Assembly (NCBI GenBank): GCA_964491395.1
Contig: CAZBGI010000014.1
Span: 5,714-69,713 of the forward strand
Direction: 5' to 3'
DNA: 64,000 nt
Origin: an uncultured Bacteroidales bacterium
GTDB lineage: Bacteria > Bacteroidota > Bacteroidia > Bacteroidales > UBA7960
Shown here: positions 21,601 through 29,778 of the stretch, in pieces
How positions within the stretch are numbered: the stretch's first letter is position 1
Layout of the letters: each line of letters starts with the position of its first letter
Position numbers and translations under genes: made by a program
The notes under the pieces: generated by a model
The model's database searches: none
What the model was told of the DNA's origin: nothing
The model's input: the letters and a program-made list of their open reading frames with translations, nothing else

Positions 21601-24600
21601 AAATCTGTAGGAATATGTCCGTCGCTAAAAGTGGCCTGGGATGAATTTAAAAGTTCCCCATCAATAGTTACAGGGGCAATTCCGCCGGTTTCCTGGCAAA
21701 ACTCAGGAAGATCGTAAGATATGGTAATCTCATCCAGTTCATATATGGTTAGTGTAACGGGCACACGATCACTTTCACAGGTGATATCACCATGATCAAT
21801 AACTGATGCCGCATAAGCTGTATAAGTTCCTACTGCCGATTCGGAAGGCGGGTTTCCGGCTTCGGGTCCGGTAGCATTGGCATACCAAACAAGGGATGCA
21901 CCGGCAGGAGGAGTGGCGGATGCTGTGTGGGTTGTTCCGTCAAAGCACGCCTCTACATTGTTGGCTACAGGTTCATCGGGGGTTTCGTAAATGGTCAGGG
22001 TTACCAGTACTCTTTCGCTTTCGCAGGAAGAACCGCTGATCGCAGATGCTGCCCATGCAGTGTATACACCAGGGTCCGTTTCATTGGGAGCCGTAGTTGT
22101 GGTCGTTCCGGTTTCATCGGTGTACCATACAACAGAAGCACCTGCCGGTGGGGTGGCAGAAGCAGTATGTTCTGTGCCGTCAAAACAAACAGTTACATCT
22201 TCAGCAATGGGCAGAGCAGGAGTTTCTTCAATAACAATAGTGGTTTCGGCGATGTTGAAACAACCATTATCAGAAAAGAATCTCATTTCAATTTCATATG
22301 TACCGGGTGTGCTTTCTGCCAGGTTTATTGTTCCTGAATTTTCATCGATAAAAAGGCCATCTTCCGGATCTACGCTGAATGCCTGGCTGGCAATTGTTTC
22401 CGTAGTTGTGATGGTAACATCTACCGAACCTTCGGCACAAAAGCTACCGGTACCGTAAGATATTTCAGCCTCAGGTTCGGGAAGGATGGTAAGGGTAACT
22501 TCCTCTCTTTCGCTTTCACACTCTCCTTCCACAGAGGAAGCTGCCCATGCGGTAATAACACCGGGGTCAGTTCCGGAAGGAGCAGTGGTTGTTTCATCGC
22601 CATACTGGCTGGTGTACCATACGATGGTTGCACCTGCAGGAGGTATGGCAGTTGCAGTGTGAACTTCTCCATCATAGCATGTGGTAAAGTCTTCTGGCTC
22701 GGGGGCATCAGGTGTCTCAAAAAGGGTGAGGGTAACTTCTACTCTTTCACTTTCGCAACCGTTATTTTCGGCTGCTGCCCAGGCTGTATAAATTCCCGGC
22801 TCGGAATCTGAGGGAGCAGAAGCCAGTTCATCTCCTGTGCTGTTGGCGTACCAGATAATGTTATCTCCGGGATTTACATTAGCTGTAGCAGTATAAGTGG
22901 ATCCGTCGGCACATTCTGTTACATTTACCGGTACCGGAGATTCCGGACTTTCCTCGATGGTAAGTCTTTGGGGTATTAAATCGCTTTCACAGCCATCCAG
23001 GATAAAAGATGCCCATGCAATGTATTCGCCGGGGTCGGTTCCTGAGGGTGCAGAGGCTGGCACTGTTCCGGTTTCATCGGTGTACCAGGCTACAGAAGCA
23101 CCTGTAGGAGGTGTTAGCGTGAGGGTTTGAAGTTCACCTGTATAGCATGCAATTATATCTTCACTGGGAGGAGCTTCAGGAGCAGGCAGGATGGTTACCG
23201 GAGCAGTGGCAGTTCCCTCACAGGCTCCTTCGTTGTATGAGTAGGTTACCACATAGTCACCAGCAAGGCTGGTTTCCAGGTCGATGTCACCGGTTACGGC
23301 GTCAATGTCCAGTCCGGCCGGTTCTGCTGTAAATTCATGACCGGAGGTATAATGAACCGTAACCGTCCAGGAGCCATCGACTACCCAAACCCAGTCAGCG
23401 TTACAACTAGTTGTGGGATTAAGGGTTCGCCCCACGTGTAGTTCAAATTCAATATCGCCACCCCCGGTTACATTGTTGGCAATGGTAAGGCCCGTACGGT
23501 TGTAAGAGGCTGTTCCCGGATTGTTACCAAGTCCTGTGTAAACCACATCTTCTGCTTCTCCTCCCGGAGATACCACGCGAAGCTGGCTTCGCTGGTCACT
23601 CATGTAATGAGGGGCAACCGAAGTAATCTGATATTGTACATCAACTGCTGTAATGACAGCTCCGGCAGGTATAGAAACGGTCATAGAGCCGGGGCAATTG
23701 GAAGTATGGGTTACGTTTCGGAAACCATGATCTGAAGATATTCTTCCTGCGTTGTAAGTATTTTGCGAGGAATTCAAGTTTTGCCCGTTAATGGTTACCG
23801 GAGCGACACCACCGGTTTCCTGGCAATAAGGCGATTCATCATAAGAAATGTCTACATCAGCAATTTCACCAATCACCACAGTGGTTTCTGCAGTACCCGC
23901 ACAATCTCCGTCATCAAAACTGTAAGTAACAGTATAAGTGCCATTGTTGCTCGCGGTAAGATCTATGGTTCCGTTGGCCGGATTGATAGATAGTCCGGAA
24001 GGGGAAGAACTGAAAGTTCCACCTCCAAAACCCAAAAGATCAACCAGAGCTTCCCCGTCACCGCAGAAAGGGGAGCCGGGATAACTGATGGATGCCGAGG
24101 GGCCTTCGGTTATATTTACCTGTTGGTTGAAGTCGTTTCCTGCATTGTCTTCAATGATAACATTATAATCTCCGGCAGCCAAGTCTGTTATCAGGTAGTT
24201 GAAGTCCGGGCTTGCAGTGGTTGAAAAAACTGTACTTCCACCGGGTACAGAAGTTACACTTACGTCAAAGGGGCTCTGGCCTGCCAGGATTTCAATTTCA
24301 AGGGTTCCATTGGCCGGCTCGTTGCAGGTTCCTGTGGTCTGAAGATCAACATTGAGCACAGAAGTATCTGTGAGTTCACGGTTTTGCTCTTCTGAACAAC
24401 CCTTGTTGTCCGTAACGTTGATGTTGTAAATTTCTGCCGGAAGATCTGCAAAGGTGTGATTGGCATCAGGAGAGGGTCCAAAAACAGTTTCGTCCATTTC
24501 ACTATTGGTAAGCGTATAAGTAAAAGGGGCTTCACCGGCATTTACAACTATTTCGATAGAGCCATCGCTGGCACCGGGGCTGGAAGGATTAATGGTTGTG

Positions 24601-25487
24601 AGAGCAAAGGATGGATTTTCATTGAAAGTGATATCGACATCGTCACTGCCTTCACATCCATTGTTGGTTTCTGTCCAGGTGAAAGTGTAAGTTCCGAAAG
24701 CATCTACCGTAACTATGGTACTGGGATCGTTAACATCGGCAAAAGAAGCAGTGCCGGGGCCTGAAGCCGACCATATTCCTGTGCCGAAACTTTGTGTCGC
24801 GTTTAGTGTGTAGCTGCTGCCGCATATGTCATCATCACTTCCGGCAACAGTCTCCGGATTGTCGGTGTTGTTGATGGTAATGGTCTGGGTTGCTATACAG
24901 CCCAGCGAATCAGTAGCAGTGTAGGTAAGTTCGAAGCTTCCTCCTGCAGGGTTATTGAAAACGGGATTTTCAATGTCAGTGGCATCAAGGAAAGCAGCGC
25001 CTGGACCACTCCATTCATGGATGTAAGGGAAACTACCTGATGCTGCATAAGGTGTACCTCCGGTGGGATTACCGTTGAGCTGCAAATCGGTTCCGCTGCA
25101 GGTTTCTGTAGTTTCGGGGGTGATATCTACCTCAACAGCTGTCAGGGGTTCAGATACAACAGCCTGTCCTCCGGCGTTGTTTCCCTCAGCATCATTAATG
25201 TCAAGCAGATAGGTGGCTGCTGTTATGGGAAAATTTCCGGGAAAGGTGACGGTTGTTTCGCTGGTGGTGATCTGATCAAAAGCAAAGGGCAGCCTGATCC
25301 AGGTGTAGGTATAAGGGGGTTGTCCTCCTGATATTTCGATAGTAATTTCACCATCGTCGCCGCCCAAACAGGAGACATTTTTTACAGTTACTGACTCAAT
25401 GACCATGTTCTGGCCCTGAAGTAGCGAAGTACTTGTAAGTACAACTAAAAGATAAATAACGGTAACAATTCGTAAATTCAGGCTCAT
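12615..25487 (-). CDS. Giant SprB-like surface adhesin (4290 aa) with T9SS type-B (CHU_C) C-terminal domain
   Basis: Signal peptide, SprB-type repeats (NVSC.G..DG.I....GG.PPY), ~13 Ig-like repeats ending CESER, PKD-like repeats, and C-terminal PNAFTPDEDGIND..IFNRWG..WDG..GTYYY. Confidence 0.9.
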   Translation of the reverse strand: MSLNLRIVTVIYLLVVLTSTSLLQGQNMVIESVTVKNVSCLGGDDGEITIEISGGQPPYTYTWIRLPFAFDQITTSETTVTFPGNFPITAATYLLDINDAEGNNAGGQAVVSEPLTAVEVDITPETTETCSGTDLQLNGNPTGGTPYAASGSFPYIHEWSGPGAAFLDATDIENPVFNNPAGGSFELTYTATDSLGCIATQTITINNTDNPETVAGSDDDICGSSYTLNATQSFGTGIWSASGPGTASFADVNDPSTIVTVDAFGTYTFTWTETNNGCEGSDDVDITFNENPSFALTTINPSSPGASDGSIEIVVNAGEAPFTYTLTNSEMDETVFGPSPDANHTFADLPAEIYNINVTDNKGCSEEQNRELTDTSVLNVDLQTTGTCNEPANGTLEIEILAGQSPFDVSVTSVPGGSTVFSTTASPDFNYLITDLAAGDYNVIIEDNAGNDFNQQVNITEGPSASISYPGSPFCGDGEALVDLLGFGGGTFSSSPSGLSINPANGTIDLTASNNGTYTVTYSFDDGDCAGTAETTVVIGEIADVDISYDESPYCQETGGVAPVTINGQNLNSSQNTYNAGRISSDHGFRNVTHTSNCPGSMTVSIPAGAVITAVDVQYQITSVAPHYMSDQRSQLRVVSPGGEAEDVVYTGLGNNPGTASYNRTGLTIANNVTGGGDIEFELHVGRTLNPTTSCNADWVWVVDGSWTVTVHYTSGHEFTAEPAGLDIDAVTGDIDLETSLAGDYVVTYSYNEGACEGTATAPVTILPAPEAPPSEDIIACYTGELQTLTLTPPTGASVAWYTDETGTVPASAPSGTDPGEYIAWASFILDGCESDLIPQRLTIEESPESPVPVNVTECADGSTYTATANVNPGDNIIWYANSTGDELASAPSDSEPGIYTAWAAAENNGCESERVEVTLTLFETPDAPEPEDFTTCYDGEVHTATAIPPAGATIVWYTSQYGDETTTAPSGTDPGVITAWAASSVEGECESEREEVTLTILPEPEAEISYGTGSFCAEGSVDVTITTTETIASQAFSVDPEDGLFIDENSGTINLAESTPGTYEIEMRFFSDNGCFNIAETTIVIEETPALPIAEDVTVCFDGTEHTASATPPAGASVVWYTDETGTTTTTAPNETDPGVYTAWAASAISGSSCESERVLVTLTIYETPDEPVANNVEACFDGTTHTASATPPAGASLVWYANATGPEAGNPPSESAVGTYTAYAASVIDHGDITCESDRVPVTLTIYELDEITISYDLPEFCQETGGIAPVTIDGELLNSSQATFSDGHIPTDFTFRTTADDSNCPGTLTVPIPLGSVITSVDVEYNMSASGGHYLSDQHSQLRCISPNGTSEEEVFIGVGNDPGTYSYSRSDLRIANDVVDGGDIVFELHAGRAFNPSPQCSSDGNRVDNNTWTVTVNYTAGHYFEVIPSTGLAIDTNTGDIDLENSDPGTYEVIYHYTDGNCDGSTSTTVTILPQPAPPVVADLEVCEDGDPHTITATHPAGTTLVWYENETGFDTTTAPSGSEAGEYSAWAAVINADGCESDRVQATLTIQESPATPTPQNVTVCFDGTEYTAGAIVEEGVNLIWYENQTGDVLSSAPSATDPGTYNAWAAAELDGCESERVEVILTINDVPDAPIANNENACFTGDSVEASATPPSGAVIVWYANETGDEPGNAPSGVNPGIYTAWAAAEFTATGCESERTLVTLEIFPLPEATISYGAENFCPEGTVDIIITPGEDTEIDFGTFSEEPETGLDINEDTGTINLGNSTPGTYEIEYRFQDVNGCFNTAITTITIDELPDAPEANDTEVCFDGTEHTATATPPAGTTIVWYANETGDETSEAPSGTAPGTYSAWAAAVGVDSGCESERIEVTLIINDTPEEPVANNVTVCFDGEEHTATATVAAETTLVWYTTQFGDVETTAPTGTDPDSYSAWAAAVDDVTGCESERTLVTLTINELPDTPIANDTTVCFDGNEHSASASAPEGTTLVWYTTEFGEETTEAPSGTDPDTYSAWAAAIDEDTGCESERTLVTLVINDTPALPVANNEEECFTGDEFMASATPPAGASIVWYTEQFGGEITTAPTGTDPETYTAWAAAVDDITGCESERVEVTLVIFPLPEVTISYGAENFCPVGTVEVALETDDVISFGTFSVEPQFGLDINEDTGTINLANSAPGTYEIEFRFVDENNCFNTTTTIITIDEVPAFASITPSDAICAGEATGSITVEASAGELPYTFELLDEDLNVLQTIVATTTDPQTFTDLATGSYYVQVTDNNSCGSGISDLILIDEPNPIAIDPTSINITNVTCNGLDDGSISLSANGGSGELEFVLLSEGNPVQDPQTGNANFSDLAPGTYVISITDEALCSVLSEEFTITEPDALLLTAETNPDIVCPEDEAIIEASASQGTAPYTFTLWSGGVQVNGPLTAGEDEMVFFSGIDAPGLYTVMATDANDCETTEDVEVSEPLLLDQFNVMTVGDNAYCSGGEGVEIILDGSETGVNYQLLYEGTNTGAPVPGTGDEISFGLHTEEGNYSVQATHPESTCSTMMTGSVDVIILPLPIAFNVTGGGEYCDGGAGAEIGLDGSETDVNYTLIFNDNDTLTTLAGTGNALSFGIQTQIGNYTVWAVNEATGCENMMSGSATIDEQELPMVYNVTGGGNYCEFGDGVEVGLDNSQTDVNYALFVDDTATGDIVAGTGSAISFGLQTTPGTYTVIATDTTTGCFITMSGEAVIGLNSLPITYNVTGGGEYCDGGEGVEIGLDGSETGINYFLILDGNPTGEVISGTGNPVSFGIQPLAGIYTVVAETEDTGCEADMTGQAEVEILPLPDAPIAVDETVCFDGSEQTATATAPAGASIVWYTDETGDTPGTQPTATDAGEYTAWAASVDDITSCESERTPVTLTILALPEATISYGADVFCQEGSVDVIIETEDIIDFGTFSAEPQFGLSIDSDTGTIDLASSDPGTYEVEYRLVDENGCFNTATTMVTIGEGPAISIVATTDAICAGEASGTITVEASQGLLPYTYELLDEDLNVLQTIVATSTDPQTFEGISFGNYFVRVTDDNSCGSGISDLIFIDEPDPITIDSSSINVSDITCNGLDNGSVSLSANGGSGELAYFLLSGGDTLQGPQTGNANFTGLEPGTYLVSIIDEAMCNVLSEEFILTEPEALLVTAQTITDIVCPGDEATIEASATQGTEPYEFTLWLNETEVEGPLTANEGENVVFSGITDSGLYEVRVSDANNCSSAAETNVSEPVMLAVFDVTGGGAYCEGGEGAEIMLEGSEAGINYQLLLDGAPEGDILSGTGDLLTFGFLAQPGIYTVMAIDPVSGCELTMNGSAEIEVLPLPDIFTVTGGGEFCEDADGVEIGLDGSVTGIDYTLILNDTDTLATLPGTDSAISFGLQTEAGTYTVGAINTSTGCTIMMDGQAEITLNSLPVAAIEATATEVCDGGIVTLTASGGDSYLWTAVPEYDFEGNENNEVIEVVMNETTTFTLTAYNDCGSDQAEVTLSVVPAPVVDLGEDLFACEGETVVLDAGEFDNVSYEWSDESTGQTLEVTESGTYWVEVTNLDNQCFSYGEVTVTFHPLPLALVAEDQTICAGDTVNIGVEDDFTPVPNNTYLWTSEPEDPSLIDPTASNPQVNPLVTTTYTLVETYTESGCTNSNTVTISVVDVVADAGDDQVVCEGEATIIGPEEVSSEWTYSWTSSNPEEEFDVNSPNPEVSPVETTTYTLLVQHIKLGCTSEDNVTVTVSPTPLADAGEDQDICLGESVTIGTEYTDPMPPNTYQWISEPEDESISDPTISNPTVSPQETTTYTLIETYTLTGCTNQNSVVVTVHENPDAQVIEDTEVCADAAINLGSGSEEEGLTYSWTSIPSGFFSNEANPEVTPGLYTLDNNSQITFILEVSNDHCTDIAQVVVTVNPLPVVEIADDMTYCSAEEAANQSIGGDAIPGYSYSWTSNQDEEFTSTEANPEVSPTVSTVYTVVVTDNQTGCVATGEVAINISDLRFVNVSNPAICEAETLASLGDNITVEGGMTPYQYFWTDNDGNSVSNELNPTIEGPFAESYSLMVMDAMGCFITGTIQIDFIESPEVSIHINNMLAGNSHSIYPGQTVNFEALPADYALYEWYVLDPETDDEDNNEDNNEDNDEDNNENDTKEEIANARLVQSGSFNTWSTSELIGGEQVFVVAYDEECPGISQFVAIVLNELPNAFTPDEDGINDIFGEGAELTIFNRWGQKVYEGTSGWDGTFNGKKVSPGTYYYLLNIYDENNEKTTVKGSVTVVLQE

Positions 25488-25916
25488 GTTGTTATAATTT
25501 AGTTTCGGAACTTGGTAGTTTTTGTTTATCCCCTCAGAATGTTTCCTTCAGGTAAGGATTGATTTTTATATCTCTTGATTTTAAAGCAAAAAAATGAAAT
25601 TTTAACAAATAAAAGGCTGCAGGAAACAAGATTCCATCTAAATAAGTCTTTCGGTAGCTTTGCATTTTTTAGTATTTATCGACACCTTTTCGTGTTAACT
25701 GTCTTTGAGGGAATTTACGGATCTCTCAACCGAACAAAAATATTATTAAAAACTCAAATAATCAACGATTTAACACCCAAATGGGCCAAGTGAATTACCC
25801 GTTTTTTATAGGTAAAAACACTTAGCGTAATTTACGTGTAAGCCCAGATGCGGTGCTATGGGAAGTTTTACGGAATAATCCTGAATAGGTTATAAGGAAA
25901 AGTTAATTTTTTTCTT

Positions 25917-26858
25917 TTAGCGAAATTGTAGAAAATTTTTGCAATTGTTTTCAATTCGCTTTAGAGGTGATTCTTCCGAAGCTTTAATAAAGGGTTTGCC
26001 GGTGATTTTTTCGAAGAGTTCTATGTAACGTTCAGATATTGAATGGATTATTTCTGGGGTCATAACAGGAATCTGCTGACCGGCTTTACCGCTGAAACCA
26101 TTTTGCATCAGCCATTCGCGCACAAATTCTTTGGACAATTGCTTCTGAGGAAGATGGTTGTTTAATCTTTCCCGGTATGCATCAATGTAAAAGTACCTGG
26201 ATGAATCCGGGGTGTGAATCTCGTCGATGAGCATAATTTTTCCGTCCTTTTTACCAAATTCATATTTGGTATCCACGAGGATGAGTCCCCTTTGACGAGC
26301 CAGTTCTGTGCCTCTCTCAAACAACAAGTGGGTGTATCTTTCAAGTGCGCTGTAATCGGCCTCAGAAACCATCCCTTTTTCGAGTATTTCCTGTGCCGAA
26401 ATATCCTCGTCGTGCCCCCTATCAGCTTTGGTAGTTGGAGTAATAACGGGCTCTGGAAACGCTTCGTTTTCCACCATTCCCTCAGGCATTGTGATGCCGC
26501 AGATTTCTCTTTTGCCCTGTTTATATTCTCTCCAGGCATGTCCGGTAAGGTAACCACGAATAACCATTTCTACCTTAAAAGGTTCACACAGATGGCCGGC
26601 TGTCACCATGGGGTCGGGAGTTGCTGTTTTCCAGTTGGGAACAATGTCGGCAGTGGCATCCAGAAAGGTAGCTGCTATCTGATTGAGCACTTGTCCCTTG
26701 TAAGGAATTCCTTCGGGCAATACCACATCAAAGGCTGAAATCCTGTCGGTAGCTATCATCAGCAGAATTTCATCATTAATGTTATATACATCACGAACTT
26801 TCCCCTGGTAAAAATTCTTTTGTCCGGGAAAGCTGAATTGAGTGCTCGTTAAAGGCAT
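25917..26858 (-). CDS. purC: SAICAR synthetase
   Basis: [40 protein letters not shown] and [11 protein letters not shown]. Confidence 0.95.
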   Translation of the reverse strand: MPLTSTQFSFPGQKNFYQGKVRDVYNINDEILLMIATDRISAFDVVLPEGIPYKGQVLNQIAATFLDATADIVPNWKTATPDPMVTAGHLCEPFKVEMVIRGYLTGHAWREYKQGKREICGITMPEGMVENEAFPEPVITPTTKADRGHDEDISAQEILEKGMVSEADYSALERYTHLLFERGTELARQRGLILVDTKYEFGKKDGKIMLIDEIHTPDSSRYFYIDAYRERLNNHLPQKQLSKEFVREWLMQNGFSGKAGQQIPVMTPEIIHSISERYIELFEKITGKPFIKASEESPLKRIENNCKNFLQFR

Positions 26859-26888
26859 GGCTGAAGTATTTGAAGGCTTTTGTTGAAA

Positions 26889-27881
26889 CTATTCAGTTGA
26901 ACTCGACTTGTCGTATGCGTTGATGATTTTCGAAACCAGCGGATGTCGCACCACGTCTGTTTCGTTGAGAAAAATAAAATCAATCCCTTTCACTTTGTTC
27001 AGGATGCGGGTAGCGCTGATAAGTCCTGAGGTTTGATTGCGGGGCAGGTCGATTTGGGTAACGTCTCCGGTAATGATGAACCTGGCAGATTTCCCCATTC
27101 TTGTAAGGAACATTTTGAGTTGGCTCTCAGTGGCATTCTGTGCTTCATCCAGAATTGCAAAAGCGTTGTCCAGCGTTCTTCCGCGCATAAAAGCCAGGGG
27201 AGCAATTTCTATGGTTTTCTCTTCAATATAAGATTCGAGTTTGGCCGGGGGAATCATATCTCTGAGGGCATCATACAAGGGCTGTAGGTAAGGGTCGAGC
27301 TTATCTTTTAAATCGCCTGGCAGAAAGCCCAGGTTTTCTCCTGCTTCCACTGCGGGGCGGGTGAGGATGATGCGCCTTACTTCCTTGTTTTTCAGGGCTC
27401 TGACCGCCAAAGCTACTGCGGTATAGGTTTTTCCGGTTCCGGCAGGACCGATGGCAAACAACATGTCGTGGGTTTTAAAGCTCTGCACCATGCGCATCTG
27501 GTTAGGAGTTCGTGCTTTGATTAGCATACCGTTACGCCCATGCAACAGCAAGGCATCACTGTCGGCCTCAGCTTTTCCTTTCAGAGTTTGCGAGTCACCC
27601 GATGTGATGATCTCAAGAATGGCCTCATCGGTAATTTTATTGAAACGTTCAAAATGCTGGAGAATGCTGTTGAATTTATGGTTAAAAAATCTAAGCTCCT
27701 GGTCATCACCGATGGCCTTTAGTATATTTCCGCGCAATATAAGGCGCAGTTTGGGAAAAATCTTTTTCAGCAACTTGAGGCGTTCTTCCCGCAATCCGAA
27801 AATATCTGCCGGGTGAATGGCTTCCAGGGAAATGGTCAATTCTCCCGAAGTATCGCCGTGGGTAATTTGGGTTTCTGTCAC
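26889..27881 (-). CDS. phoH: PhoH-family ATPase
   Basis: GPAGTGKTY, LTRPAVEAGE.LGFLPG, APLAFMRGRTL, LDEAQN, GDVTQIDLP and DVVRHPLV. Confidence 0.93.
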   Translation of the reverse strand: MTETQITHGDTSGELTISLEAIHPADIFGLREERLKLLKKIFPKLRLILRGNILKAIGDDQELRFFNHKFNSILQHFERFNKITDEAILEIITSGDSQTLKGKAEADSDALLLHGRNGMLIKARTPNQMRMVQSFKTHDMLFAIGPAGTGKTYTAVALAVRALKNKEVRRIILTRPAVEAGENLGFLPGDLKDKLDPYLQPLYDALRDMIPPAKLESYIEEKTIEIAPLAFMRGRTLDNAFAILDEAQNATESQLKMFLTRMGKSARFIITGDVTQIDLPRNQTSGLISATRILNKVKGIDFIFLNETDVVRHPLVSKIINAYDKSSSTE

Positions 27882-27960
27882 GAAATAAAATTTGGGTTTA
27901 ATAAAATATTGTGCAAAATAACAAATTATTTTCCAAGGATGTGCTTTTGAAGTGAAATGT

Positions 27961-27993
27961 TTTGCTGTTAACTGTATGCTTTTGTTATTTTTG
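27961..27993 (+). promoter_or_regulatory. Bacteroidota housekeeping promoter
   Basis: TTTG (27961-64), 21-nt spacer, TATTTTTG (27986-93), upstream of the ORF at 28041. Confidence 0.6.
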
Positions 27994-28040
27994 CAAAGAA
28001 AGGCAGAAAGAATGTTTTATGCAGGAAAAAACAGCAGATT

Positions 28041-28823
28041 ATGACCATTGTAACGCTCATTAGTGACTGGGGCCTGAACAGCCATTACCAGGCAGCCGTT
28101 AAAGGCAGTATATTAAGACAAATTCCCGGTGTGCAGCTTGTGGATATATCCCACACCTTGAGACCTTTTGATATTATGAACTGCAGTTTTATTCTGGGGA
28201 ATGCATATCCGGATTTTCCCAAAGAGACCATTCATATCATAGGTGTAAACACAGAAGCAGATACGCAATCTCCCCATGTAATAGTGAAGCACAACGATAT
28301 GTATTTTATTGGTGCTGACAACGGGGTGATGTCGTTGCTTTTTGATGAGAAACCTTTTGAAGCTGTGGAGCTCAATATCATGCAGGACTCGGATTATTTC
28401 ACTTTTTCTTCCCGTGATGTTTTCGTGAAAGCCGCTGCCATGATAGCTTCCGGCCAAGACTTGAAAGATCTTGGTGAAAGCTACACAACGCTGAACCGTA
28501 TGTATGCCTTTAAGCCGGTCATTACAGAAAACAAGATTGAAGGAAAGGTTATCTTTATCGACGATTATGAAAATGTATTTGTAAATATTGATTACGAAAC
28601 TTTCAGAAAGGTTGGGCGGGGTCGACCCTACACAATAAATTTCCGGGTTCCGGGTTATGCTATCAGAACCTTGCATACTTCCTATTCTGATGTTTCGGAA
28701 GGAGAGAGGCTGGCCCTGTTTGGTAGTACGGGTTTCCTCGAAATAGCCATGAATAAGGGGAAAGCTTCCAGCTTGCTGGGATTGGGGCTTACCGATACAG
28801 TGAGTATAGTGTTTGAATCCTGA
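28041..28823 (+). CDS. DUF62 / SAM hydroxide adenosyltransferase (chlorinase/fluorinase-like) family protein
   Basis: VTLISDWG, VDISH, FIGADNG, RDVF, FIDDYENV and ALFGSTGFLEIAMN. Confidence 0.85.
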   Translation: MTIVTLISDWGLNSHYQAAVKGSILRQIPGVQLVDISHTLRPFDIMNCSFILGNAYPDFPKETIHIIGVNTEADTQSPHVIVKHNDMYFIGADNGVMSLLFDEKPFEAVELNIMQDSDYFTFSSRDVFVKAAAMIASGQDLKDLGESYTTLNRMYAFKPVITENKIEGKVIFIDDYENVFVNIDYETFRKVGRGRPYTINFRVPGYAIRTLHTSYSDVSEGERLALFGSTGFLEIAMNKGKASSLLGLGLTDTVSIVFES

Positions 28824-28954
28824 TTATTCGCGTTTCGGGAAGGTTCTCACAAACCGCTTTACAATGTCAGGATACTTTGCTTAAACGGTTTTCCTTGGTG
28901 ATTCTATAAATATAGTCTGTCAACTCATTCAATACTAACTTATTATTATTGCTC

Positions 28955-29692
28955 ATGCTAACATTATTCTTACGGGAAATCAATAATTTTTTCAACAATC
29001 TTATCGGCTATATATCCATAGGGGTTTTTCTATTGATCAACAGCTTGTTTTTATGGGTTTTTCCTCTTGATACCAATGTTTTGCAATCAGGGTATGCCAA
29101 TATTGAGGGATTGTTTAGCATGGGCCCTTATGTGTTTCTTTTTCTTATTCCCGCTATTACCATGCGTTTCTTTGCTGATGAGAAAAAAAGCGGTACCATC
29201 GAATTCTTGCTTACCAAACCACTGAGTGACCTGCAGATTGTTTTGTCAAAATATATGGCCGCTTTTGTTTTGGTAGTGTTTTCGCTTTTACCCACATTGA
29301 TTTACGTGATAACGGTTTATCAACTTGGTCTTCCGGTTGGTAACATGGATATGGGGGCTACCTGGGGTTCTTACCTGGGTCTTTTGTTTCTGGGAGCGGC
29401 TTTCGTTTCCATGGGCTTGTTTGCATCTTCTCTTACCGACAACCAGATAGTCTCTTTTGTCATTTCCATATTTTTGTGCGGTTTCGTATACATAGGTTTT
29501 GAATTTATCTATACCCTGGATTTGTTTGGTCAAAGTGATTTGTTCATAAGAAACCTGGGTATTTATTCCCATTATACATCCATCAGCAGGGGCGTAGTTG
29601 ACAGCAGAGACGTACTCTATTTCCTCAGTGTGATTGTGCTGTTTGTTTTGCTTACGAAAATTAAAATGGAAAGCCGAAAATGGAATGAATAA
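28955..29692 (+). CDS. gldF: Gliding-associated ABC transporter permease GldF
   Basis: REINNFF..IGY, LFLIPAITMR.FADEKKSGTIE.LLTKP, DNQIVSF and SISRGVVDSRD. Confidence 0.9.
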   Translation: MLTLFLREINNFFNNLIGYISIGVFLLINSLFLWVFPLDTNVLQSGYANIEGLFSMGPYVFLFLIPAITMRFFADEKKSGTIEFLLTKPLSDLQIVLSKYMAAFVLVVFSLLPTLIYVITVYQLGLPVGNMDMGATWGSYLGLLFLGAAFVSMGLFASSLTDNQIVSFVISIFLCGFVYIGFEFIYTLDLFGQSDLFIRNLGIYSHYTSISRGVVDSRDVLYFLSVIVLFVLLTKIKMESRKWNE

Positions 29693-29778
29693 CAACGAAT
29701 CCTTGACTTGTCCATGATGCTGCATGCAAGGAGTTTGAAATTGCTTTAAATAAAAAAACAAGAATAGAGAAAAAGTAG

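Noticed and set aside
19100-23200. Regularly spaced ~240-nt repeats considered as a CRISPR array or DGR template
   Set aside because: They are in-frame protein-domain repeats with synonymous variation. No cas or reverse transcriptase gene is present and there is no adenine-specific pattern.
12683-24764. Many 60-210 aa ORFs antisense or out of frame within the adhesin
   Set aside because: They are shadows of a repetitive, codon-biased long CDS and have no independent motifs.
25692-25776. GTGTTAA/TTAACAC inverted pair upstream of the adhesin as an invertible promoter
   Set aside because: Only 7 bp, expected by chance, and no recombinase lies nearby.
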